Assembly (NCBI RefSeq): GCF_001194135.2
Contig: NC_068999.1
Location: forward strand, 13,928,670 to 13,992,669
Reading direction: 5' to 3'
From: Octopus bimaculoides
Lineage: Eukaryota
Length of the DNA stretch: 64,000 nucleotides
In this document: positions 53,601 to 64,000 of the stretch, in pieces
Numbering within the stretch: position 1 is the first letter of the stretch
Layout: every line of letters begins with the position of its first letter
Notes under the pieces: model-generated
Databases searched by the model: none
The model's input: only the letters and a program-made list of their open reading frames with translations
What the model was told of the DNA's origin: nothing
Translations under genes and position numbers: made by a program

Positions 53601-54309
53601 CAGAGACAGTATAAATGAGGATTTCATTTTTTTTAGCCCAGACCTGGCAATTTCGATACCTTAGAATTAATATAAACAGTATGCTATACATGTCAGACAG
53701 GAATGATCGAACACAGATTATACATTAGCATTATACAAGACGTTGTTCATAAATATAGTTCGTACTAATGTAGGATTGTATGTTTTGACTGTATGTGGGT
53801 TGGTGAAATTAACATTTGCAAGAATCTGTGGGTGTTTTAAATATGACATTTTAATTATGAAGTTTATTCAAATGGTTTTAACTTTAAGTAATGGTTAAAT
53901 GGACTATTGTATAATTGCTATTAAATGCTAAACTGAATACCTAACAAATTTCATTTAATTGAAATTTCCAGATGTACTATTCTATTCGTAGATTTAGTTA
54001 TATTCTTTTTAATAGGTCAATATACGTCATCAAGAAATGTAGCTATATCATTAAAGTATGGCATTTCTCATTAGAAGAATACATGCAGTACATTTTTTCC
54101 TGTTATGAAAGGCATTTACTATTGACAGAGTTCAATCGAAATGAATGAATATTAGTTCTTCGAAATATATATATATATATATATAATGTGGGTGTACGTT
54201 TGTGTGTGTAGCGGCATTTTGTCTGTCATTCTGATGTTGGAATTGGACACAGGATCAACAACTTTGTAGATGAAAATGTTTACATCCACTCCTGTGCTTC
54301 GCATGTTCT

Positions 54310-54432
54310 TATTTTTACAATACCGAATGATGAAAGGCAATTTCGACTTCGCGGAATGTGATCTCACAATGTAAGAATGCACAAAGTATTCCTAATCCTT
54401 TCCGCCTGTGAGCTAACTATTCTGCCAACCCG
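54310..54432 (-). mobile_element. SINE family A 5' fragment
   Basis: gaatgatgaaaggcaatttcgacttcgcggaatgtgatctc...gagctaactattctgccaaccc. Confidence 0.65.
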
Positions 54433-55271
54433 TTTCCTTATTAAATATCATATATAAAAATTTAATAATAATTTCCATGATACCTACTAAACTATATTCG
54501 TGTGAAATCATTAGATTCCAAATATGAATGTGGCACTGGTATATACTTGTATAACATTTAAAATCAAAATATAATATTATGTTTATGATAATAAACATAT
54601 TGGAAACAATTCATTTAAATTTTGATAGGGATTTCTTTTATCTTGATAAATAATTTTTCCCTACAATAGCTTTTTATGTAACTTGTATTTCATTTGATAT
54701 TAGATACCAAAGAGTATTTGTATTTAAAATTAATGGTTAACTTTGGAGTTTTGAAATATTTTTTGTTAGATACTTTAGCAAAGAGCTTCTTACGCCTGAA
54801 CTACATTTCGATTTCTAATGCAAACTAAAATCCGTTCATGTGTGCTTAGGAACCATTATGTATTACGACTTTGTTGCATCGTAGAGTGCATGAAAATTTG
54901 AAACTTACAAAATGAAATGAAATGACGAGCAGCTATGACTGTTAGTAACATGTTGGCATGAATTCGAACAGCTAACCCATACATAGTATTAATCACGGAA
55001 CCTAAAGATGACATAATAAGTACTATGCAATCGTTCATAGATCTACAAGCACAAAAAAAACATACCTACACACATATTTGGTACTCATATAAAACTTTAA
55101 AATTAACTTAAATATATTCACGTAAAAATTCTTATCGGATAAACGAACGATTCCCAAGGGTATTCGATCCACATATTCCGTAGTCACAATCGGCGATCTT
55201 CCATTGCACCGTATCAATCATTCAAAATTCTGTATCCACTTTCGAAACTTTATTCTTACCAGACATAATTG

Positions 55272-55890
55272 TAGGGGGGTCTGATGAATAAGTATCCGGA
55301 CTGTTTTCATAGCAAGGAAGCTACAGCACGGTGTGGGAAACTACTTGACACGGATTGACCTGCCCGAACACTCGTGTGCATGTGCACTGATTTTAATGTA
55401 CTAGCTCATTTCTGCTGTTTTACAGTAGTGCTTGGAAGGAAGGAAGGTATGTAGCATTTGACCGTCGCATTGACCATCACAGAGGAAGTTATCATGGTGA
55501 TGCCTGCTTAGAAGCCAACCCAGAGTTGCAGAAAGTGTATGGAGAGGAATGTATGATCCACATACACATGTACGAGTGGTTGAGACGCTTCCAAGATGGC
55601 CGAAAATTGTCGATATTCACGAATGTTTCTGAGAGACCTGCAATCAGTAGAACAGAGAGAAACATCGCAGATATGCGAGCAGCTGTTAGGAGAAATCGTC
55701 GAATCATCATCCGTGATTTATCAGAGTCTGTGCAGATTAGTTGCGGTTCGGTTCAGTCCATTATCACTAAAGATTTGAGTATGTGAAGCGTGCTTACCAA
55801 GTTTGCTCCGAATGCCCTTTCAGCTGACCTAAAGACATTTGGGTTTCAGCTGCATAATATCTTCTTCATTGTGCCCAGAACAAAGAAAAC
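55272..55890 (+). mobile_element. mariner 5' part: TIR, 5' UTR and N-terminal HTH region of transposase
   Basis: TA-gggggtctgatgaataagtatccggact is TIR-like. LQKVYGEECM..HMYEWLRRFQDGR..ERPAISRTERNIADMRAAVRRNRRIIIRDLSESVQISCGSVQSIITKDLSM matches mariner HTH motifs. Confidence 0.88.
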
Positions 55891-56063
55891 TTATTGAAAA
55901 CTTTGCGTAGTTTCTGAGCAGGTATCGACGAGCTTTTTGCAAAAGCCGATGAATTCAACTTCCATGGTCAATGCGACGATCACAGGTAACACACTTTCCA
56001 TCTAAGCACTGTTGTAAACAGCGCAAGGTGAGCTACAACGTTAAAAATTAGTGCACCTGCACT
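55891..56063 (-). mobile_element. Inverted second mariner 5' fragment (UTR plus first codons)
   Basis: Reverse complement gtgcaggtgcactaatttttaacgttgtagctcacc...cagtgcttagatgg...gatcgtcgcattgaccATGGAAGTTGAATTCATCGGCTTTTGCAAAAAGCTC aligns with 55375-55490 and encodes MEVEFIGFCKKLVDTCSETTQSFQ. Confidence 0.75.
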
Positions 56064-59000
56064 ATATATTTCAAAATTTATCTTTGCCAAGGAGTTCCAC
56101 TCTGTATGCTTTAGCTTTGTTACTACATCATCAATCTGGATACATAAGCATCATACCAGGTATGCTGCTGACGTCATAACCTTTTTAAAAACATTCTAGA
56201 GTTCATGAATGCTTTATTTTTCTAAACGTAGAAGCAAAAACATAAAATTACAAATAATACAATTGGTTGGAATTCACTCTAGATGGAAAATTATCAGGCA
56301 GTCTGTAGAAAAGCTATATATAGTTTTATCTTTGTTATTCAGGAATTATTCCACATTCACTTGAATGTTGATACAATTTTTTTGCTGCCAACAATATTAG
56401 GCCAGTTTTAGATTATGAGACAGCCTTATGGTTACATCAATTTTTTTCCATGCTAAACTTCCTTCATGCTGTTCTCTATTTAGATTATTTAGATTAGTTT
56501 TAATCATTAAATTTATGATTGAATTTTCGATGAATTTGTCTCATTTCAGAATATAACGTTATGTGAAATTCATTTAAGTGATATTTCAAGAATTGCGGAA
56601 ATCATGTGACTCTTTTAGTGTCACCTGATTCCCTTAGCTAATTTAAGCTTATTCTTCTTAGTCAGTATACTACTGGCCTCTCAATATATGTATATCTTGA
56701 AAACACATTGAACACAGTATATAGTATAAGCATATTTTTATTTCATAACTTACTGAGCAGATCGTTAAACAAATAAGATTCAAATTAATATTTCATGTTT
56801 TTTTTTTGTTTTTTTGTTTGTTTTTTTTTGTTTTTTACTACGGAATCTTTGAGTTCATTTGGTGCAAAGCTCTTTTGCGAATATACGTGGTTCAAATATC
56901 TTCCATATATTTGTAGATAAATTGTATCTTATGGCATGATCTACTTCTCTTCCTTCATTTTGCAAAGAGAAATTGAAAATGTCAGAACAAATACCATCCT
57001 TAGTTTATTATCTCAAGGAACAAGTTATTCATCTTTCTCTTGATACCTGGTCGTTACTCTAGACATTTGAAATACTATAGCTGCCCTGTTTTCTATTTAT
57101 ATTGTCATTGCTATTTATTCAATGAAAATACAGCATATGCGATTTGAATTTCCATCTGACATCTCACATCTGTACATAAAGAACGAGATATGTTCTCCAT
57201 TTGCGTAAGCAATTATCCAGTTGTGTAAATGTATGCTGACACAAGCGCATGTATATATTGTACAAATAAATATAAAGTTCTTTGAAGGACTTAATGTATA
57301 TTTCACAGGTCACATATTACGTAAAACTCAGAGTGAATGGAAGAGGTTGTTACTTAATCTCATCAAGAATACGTCCACTTACCCAACATATCTATATTTA
57401 TGTCACATGATATTTGTGCTCTGTCATATCAAAGCGTGCTTTGAAATGATGTGATGCGACAAATACAACATGCTAAATTGCCGGTCCTCGACCATTTCAT
57501 ATATTGTGAAATGGCTATAGGCAGTAGCAGTGCATTACATAACTATTGTTAATTTTGAAATACAGTGGAAGAAGTTACGGCGCTGGCATAAAAGTGTTGT
57601 GTTGGCTATGCGAAATGTGATGAATGCCGTACGCTAAAACGATTCTTGAAATATACAATCGACCGAGCCATGTAATTGTAAAACACAAAATTCTGTAGAT
57701 ATGGAATCAAAGCTATGAATAAAACTAGCTTAATATTATATGGACAACCTTGTTGCACAAACAATGAAATAAACTAGAAATAAACTAGAAATTGGTCATT
57801 TAATTCAAATTTAATACGAATTTTCCATGCAAATTTTAAGTTGAAAATGTGAATAACCTCATAGTATATCTTTATGTAACACGTGATTATGTGTACGCAC
57901 ATACAAGTAGATATATACCCAATACCTACAATGAATTATCTATAACTAACATAGACAGCTACTAAATTATAGATTAAACTAACATTTAAGCATTCCTTCA
58001 AGGATTAATCCCTCGTTACAAATGTACAAATGCATTGGAGGCAAACATGGTGTTTATTTGTCTACAATGTGGTAAATACGTGGTGCTGGCTTCATATCCT
58101 ATTAAATTAATCTAATTAAAAACGCATATAAACTTTAGTTATTGCAGGTATTTTATGCACTGTGATCTATGCAAGTTTTCTGTGCATATCTTTTATGACA
58201 TATGTATGCATCTGTATTTTTTGTATATGTGCTTGTGAATGTAATCGACTAAGACCAACTCATTCAAAGTTCAAATCTAGAACTTGATTTTTAACGAAAA
58301 TTTAAATATTCCTTTTACAGTAGATATATTAACTACGAAAAGACCTACAATTATGCTGACACCAATTTCTGTTGTCGTAATATATACATCTTGAAATGAT
58401 TACTGAAATCCCACTGGCCAAAATTGTTTGCATTAGCTCTGACTTGAATTAGCTTTGATACAATGACATGCTCGGCGATTCCAATAAAATTTTTAAATTA
58501 CACAGAGTGAATCAAAACTAATTCACAATTCATGTGCATCGAATTTATTTCCAATGTGTCAATGGAACGAAATAAATAGTTATCACGAGATGAGTTAGTA
58601 GCTGTATAACGAGAATAATTCTGGAAAAGATCTCCCATTTAATTTCCTGTTTCCACGCATTCATTGACGAAGATCTGAGGTGAGAAATCATAACTATTGT
58701 CGTAGAGCCACATCATTATACGTCGGTTTTATGAGCGAAGAAAACCATTAAATAACAGAAAATATTGAAATAAAATATAAAATATGCAGTTGTAAGTGCA
58801 TTTGATCATCTCATGAACGATTGTCATTTTGAAAACGTGTATGCTTTTCTAAAAAAGAGGATCGAAGAGAAAAAGAAACTCATTTGCTGTATACGTAATG
58901 TTGTGAGAAATGAGTTCTGTTATCAACGTAATCACTCCTTGGAAAATCTGAACAAATAAATAAATAATTAAATAATAAACATTCATTCTTAACGGATACA

Positions 59001-59504
59001 TCTACTATTGCAACTAAATGTATTGTATCACTATTTGTAATTAATGTTTAAAATAAAAAAATTATATACTACACAAATGGAGACAAATTTTTATAAGATT
59101 TTATATACAACAGGAAAACAAATATTTTGTTTGCTTGTTTGGGGTACTGGATTTTTGTATGCGTAGATCTTAACCAAATATAGATATTTTATAAACTAAG
59201 TACATTCTTGAAATGTAGCACTTAAGCGTTTATTATATCATCATTAAAATTAGCATCCCACAAAAAAATAACAAAATTAAGTCGTGGTTATATTATTTGG
59301 AAACATTTCTTATATTCTCGGTTGATTTTGTTATCTATGATTATTTGTTCTAAACTTTATGCAAAGGACAAATATTATAACTAAAATTAATGTTATAATC
59401 TCCATCCATTTCTCCATTTGATGTAAAAGGAAATGAATTTTCTCTTTCATACAGTGCGTTATTAAAAAATATGTATCTTTATATCTTAGAATAAGTGTTG
59501 AATA

Positions 59505-59715
59505 AGTCGCTGAGATGGTGGAATCGTTAGCACATTGGGCAAAAGTTCAGCGGCATTTCATATGTTGTTACGTTCTGATTTCAAATTCCAAGGAGGTAGA
59601 CTTTGACTTACATCTATTCGTGGTTGATAAAATCACTACTAGTTGAGCACTGGGATGGATGTTATTAACCCTTCTGCAAATTTGCTCACCCTATTCCAAG
59701 ATTTTGAAACAATAT
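59505..59715 (+). mobile_element. Degraded SINE family A
   Basis: gagatggtggaatcgttagcacattgggcaaaa...acgttctgatttcaaattccaaggaggtagactttgac...gttgataaaatcactactagttgagcactggg. Confidence 0.7.
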
Positions 59716-60829
59716 AAGCCATATGTTTATTTGTCAATATTTGGACGTATAAAACATCATAGTGTTATATATGACATTAAATACATATTTAAAGTCTATA
59801 TGAAGTGAATATGAAAGCAATAAAACATTAACGATCTCCGAGGTACCTCAGGTTAGAATATATTTCTGATATAAATGATCATCATCTCAATTTTTACATC
59901 ATTATAACAGAGGTTGCTCTGAACTAGGGCTCTGTTACAGGGGAGGTTTAGAGTTCACGGTGATCCTATATTTTGAAAACATGTTAAGAATTTACAAAAT
60001 TCTAACATAGTAAATTTCCTAGATTGACATGATATTGCAATATAAGTAGATGAACTACAATTGTTTTTTTAAATCGTTATACATAAAACACTATCATTTC
60101 TTCTGAAAGGCAAAGAAAATCTAAATAATCATAACAGGAAATGAAAGCAACGCTATATAATTATATCCCACAAAAATGTAAATGCAAACAATATGGAATT
60201 GGTCGGTATACGAAGTTCTATCTTATAAATCCAAATTTCCGTAGTTAAAACAGTATAGATGTTTACGTTTGTAGTGGAGAGAACGTCTAACATAGTAGTT
60301 CTGTGTGTAAAAAAAATGTGTATACATAAGATTGGGGGATTCAATCAGAACTTCAGGATCATTTCAGTTATTTGTTGTGAAACAGTCAATATTTTTTTGC
60401 CGCATCATATATAACCCAGTCACTATCCGAGTCCAATGCATTTTCACCGTATTATCAGATAAGACCGACAAATGCAAATGAGATCATATCATTCATCATA
60501 TATTTTAGGTTTCTTTGGACAATTAATTAATGACAGATAATAAAACAAATAAAAATAAAAATATATATGTGCATATATGTATGTGAATACATATGTATGT
60601 ATATATAATAATTTATAGATACTTATGTATATGTATGTGTGTATGTGTGAATATATGTATATATAAATATGTATGTATGTACCTACATATGTATGCATAT
60701 ATGTGTGTGTATGTGTGTGTGTGTACCTATATGTATATATTTGGAGAAATATATATGTGTGAAGATTTATCCTCAAAGAGCTAAGATTGAGTAAAGAACA
60801 TTTTAGAAAGTCGAAAGACACTAACCATT

Positions 60830-61660
60830 GGAAAGAGATTTCACAAAATCTGTGTAGGCTTTGCTTTTATAGATGTGCAAGCCCTTTTAGTTATTAACGA
60901 TTTCAAGCATCCAGAAATCTTATGAAACGTTCTCCTTATACCTTCCGAAAAAAGGTCGTTGTTTTCATTTATTTTATGAAGAAGGAACATTGTAAACTTT
61001 CCTAGTACACAAGAGTCCAAATGATTGCTACATGTTATGCATCTAAGTTCGGGAAGTTTCATGTGATGTCTACGTAACTTTAGATGGTTGGTTAATTTCA
61101 CTTTTGTTTCCCTAATATAATGTTCGTTGCATGTTATACAACATATCAGGTTTCTGCTTTTGCTGTTCATATTTTCATTCACCTTTAATACTCTTCCATT
61201 CTTGAATTGCTTGGCTAGTGCCTGTTCTATTTAATCACATATCCCACATCGGGGGTTTTCACATTCGGTAACTTGCATCATTTCTTCCTTTGGTCAGACG
61301 TTTCTTAAGTGTTGGTGGTTGCATTCAGTTGTTGCTTATTTGTCGTTCTTTGATTATTTGTAGAAGACATGGGGACTGGTGTTGAATTGGTAGAAGGCAT
61401 TTCATTGTTTGTAGAATATTGTGGTTCTTGGGATTGTGAGTGTTAACCGATAGGATACTTCTATGTTTAGTTTTCCGTTTATCCTCTGTGTGTGTGGTTT
61501 TTATTCTCAGTGTAGAGATAGGGATATGTTTAGCACCAGTTATCGCTTGGTCTATTAGTTTTGTGGTGCATTTTAATATTTGAAGGAATGTTCCACAGGT
61601 TACAGTCAAGTAACTGAGAAGCAATTTTGTTATTGATCAAATATTTGCTGTCGACGCTAT
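60830..61660 (-). mobile_element. Penelope-like retroelement (Neptune-like): post-RT linker plus C-terminal GIY-YIG endonuclease
   Basis: TKLIDQAITGAKHIPISTLR...VNTHNPKNHNILQTMK..MQPPTLKKRLTK, then NENMNSKSRNLICCITCNEHYIRET..LTNHLKLRRHHMK..CSNHLDSC (a degenerate N.IY.I.C..C..YIGET GIY-YIG motif). Confidence 0.88.
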
Positions 61661-62640
61661 GTAGTTATAGCCGACTACTCTACCAGTAGCTGAGACATCA
61701 TCCTCGTCCTTTTTCGATTTTCACCTGGAATGAATGTGAGTGGGCATCAGAAATGGAGGACTGTGGGATCGAATACGCGGAGTGCAGCGAGCTGTGTGAC
61801 TCTGAATGTCTGCATTTGATCAAAGTCTGAAATCTTGGTGCTGAGTAGAATTGCTATAGACTGGCCGCCAAGATCAGAACCAGTGATAGTGTGGCCGTGT
61901 GCAGTCAGGAACAATCGTCCCAAATCATTTGGTTGAGTGGAGGTCAGGGTTTTTGCAACTGAGATTACTATGGCATCTGCCATAAGCAGCTAGGGACTTT
62001 CTTGATCTTTAGAGGGATATTCTGAAGGCGGTGAAGCCTGCCAATGCTGACCAGCAAGGATTGTGTACCGGGCAAGCAATCTCCTTCGTTTGGGGGTGTA
62101 TAGCTGCAGGTGCGAAGTTGAAAGGAAGAAGCAGCTGCATCACCTCCTTTTTGAGAGACGATTCGTAGCCCGTCGTGTCAGGTCGATGCCAGATTTATTT
62201 TAGAAACAACCACACGCTGAACAAGCCCATCCTGCCTCTCTTCTGCCTGTTGATGATGGAACGCCTACTGCAGGTATTTCCCTGCAAGGATAAGGCATTA
62301 GGCGTAAAGTTGGACATTGGAACATTCTTTGGTAAGCTGAGTGTTGCTTACTTTTAGGGCAGAGTCACTGAGTGGCATAGAGAAAATGACTGTGGGTTTG
62401 GGTTACATTGCTGATGTCGTGATAGCTGATAGATTGAGGAAACCAGAAGTTTGAAGTTTGTGGAAATCTGTGTAAAATATTGAAGTGGTTATTGTGTTTG
62501 CGCGTTGATATCCTTGCATGTATATCCTGAGCACTGTTTCATTGATGGTTCTATGAAAAAGGACGAATCGAAGAGAAAATGGAAATTTGAGGTTAGTAAA
62601 AATGAATAGATTCAAGTACAATGAATAGAAAGAAGCAAAA
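61661..62640 (-). mobile_element. GC-richer decayed coding-like segment, probably the N-terminal part of the same PLE
   Basis: It is contiguous with the PLE, has long stop-poor frames on the minus strand (61747-61983, 62403-62696) and raised GC. No diagnostic motif was recognised. Confidence 0.4.
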
Positions 62641-62830
62641 CGTAGGGAAAAAGAAGTACAAAAATGAATATAAGCACAATGGAGAGAGATATACAAATCT
62701 CAGAGAAAGGAGATTTCAGATACTGGAATTCTGCCCACTTTTTTTCTATTTTCTCCCTTTTATTTTCCACGTGTTAATCAAGATATGGAGTCATTTTATC
62801 TACACATATAAAACAATCTGGTTATATATG

Positions 62831-62862
<32 letters not shown>

Positions 62863-62890
62863 CATTATTATTATTATTATTATTATTATT

Positions 62891-62975
62891 CACCTCACTG
62901 CCTAGAATCGAACTCGGACTCTTGGATTTAGTAGCTGCAAAAGTTCGTCAACCTTCCGTTACACCGCATCTACAC
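62891..62975 (-). mobile_element. tRNA-derived SINE head (A and B boxes) followed by an (AAT)n tail at 62830-62890
   Basis: Reverse complement gtgtagatgcGGTGTAACGGaagg...gctactaaatccaagagtccGAGTTCGATTCtaggcagtgaggtg(aat)n. Confidence 0.7.
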
Positions 62976-64000
62976 ATTTAGTTAACTTTTTCCTACAAAT
63001 ACATATACACCTCTACTGTTCACATTCCCAATATCTGATGCATATCTCGTTGGATTACGTCAAGCTGTTCTTAAGCAAATCCCATATACGACAACCCTTA
63101 AAAACTATTTATTGGTCTTAGTGGAGTTTCAGTGTTTTGTTTTTAAAACAAAGTTAAAATCGCACAAAAATCAAGCACGTAAAATTATACAGGAACGTAT
63201 GGGCACATAAGTGCACATGCACAACCGCAAATAAATACTGGTATACATTCAACCTTCACTTATTGAAATTCTGTAAGGTTCACGTATGTCTGCAAACGAT
63301 GTTAAATATTTCGTGCATGCACAGAACGCAATGGAATATTTGCACCTCGAAGTGTTGATTATTCGATTTGGATTTCATTTTACTTCTGGATATTTACAAT
63401 TTGCGTGCGTATAAAGTTTATTTTCTGTTATCAAGTGTTATCTTTCAATAATAGCCACACGTGTTACAAATGCACATTGAATCAGCCTTCATAATACCAA
63501 AAATAATAATAAAAATAACTATTTGATATTTTCCGAGAAAAAAGATGCTGAAAGATATTTTTTTCTGGAATGTTTTCGACGTCTTCTCTTTATAACGGGA
63601 TCAACTGCTAAGATGAATATAAATAAAATCTAGACAATATATGATTCAAACTCTTTTGTTACCAATTGCCGTATTTCAAAATGTTTCGGACGATATATAT
63701 AGTTTAACATTAAATACATATTAATACTCAAAATGAAGTGATATGATTTTGCGTTTATTGAACCTGTATGTGGAAGAAAATTATAAAATTATCAAGGTGT
63801 GTAGCGTGAATTATTTGGAGACGGTCGTTTCAATCATAATTTAGGTATTATCATTTGTATATTCTCATGTGAATATCTTCCCTTTTCTATACTATTACGC
63901 CCTTCAATCACTCACATTCGGAAATATCGAGATATCTCACACAATTTTATAAGGGCATATCATAGAAGTTATTCGAATACTGAATATTTTCACATATTCT

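Noticed and set aside
54234-54269. MLELDTGSTTL resembling a retroviral protease motif
   Set aside because: It is closed by a stop after 11 codons with no supporting flanking homology.
62891-62975. Bona fide tRNA gene
   Set aside because: It has A and B boxes but no clean cloverleaf and no T-run terminator. It is followed by (AAT)n, which fits a SINE head.

Overview
AT-rich, repeat-dense eukaryotic non-coding (intronic or intergenic) DNA from a short-read draft assembly. About 22 N-gaps total roughly 7 kb and nearly all abut microsatellites or low-complexity runs. The SINE families look like those I recall from octopus/coleoid cephalopods (inference, not database-checked). I found no intact protein-coding gene, rRNA, true tRNA gene or CRISPR array. 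Most entries in the ORF track are microsatellite or N artefacts. The recognisable content is decayed transposable elements: several Tc1/mariner fragments, two tRNA-derived SINE families, a two-LTR internally deleted Gypsy (Mag/K02A2.6-like) element at 34.2-38.8 kb, a second Gypsy protease fragment, Penelope-like (GIY-YIG) remnants, an R4/Dong-like RLE fragment inserted in (TAA)n, and a LINE ORF1 with a CCHC knuckle. The most interesting structure is at 34.4-35.5 kb: a head-to-head pair of ~170-bp repeats, each with a minimal type-I hammerhead ribozyme core. These appear to be the tail of a composite tRNA-head + (AAT)n + hammerhead element, nested in the Gypsy element and itself targeted by the Dong-like element. 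A few candidate exons are listed with low confidence.
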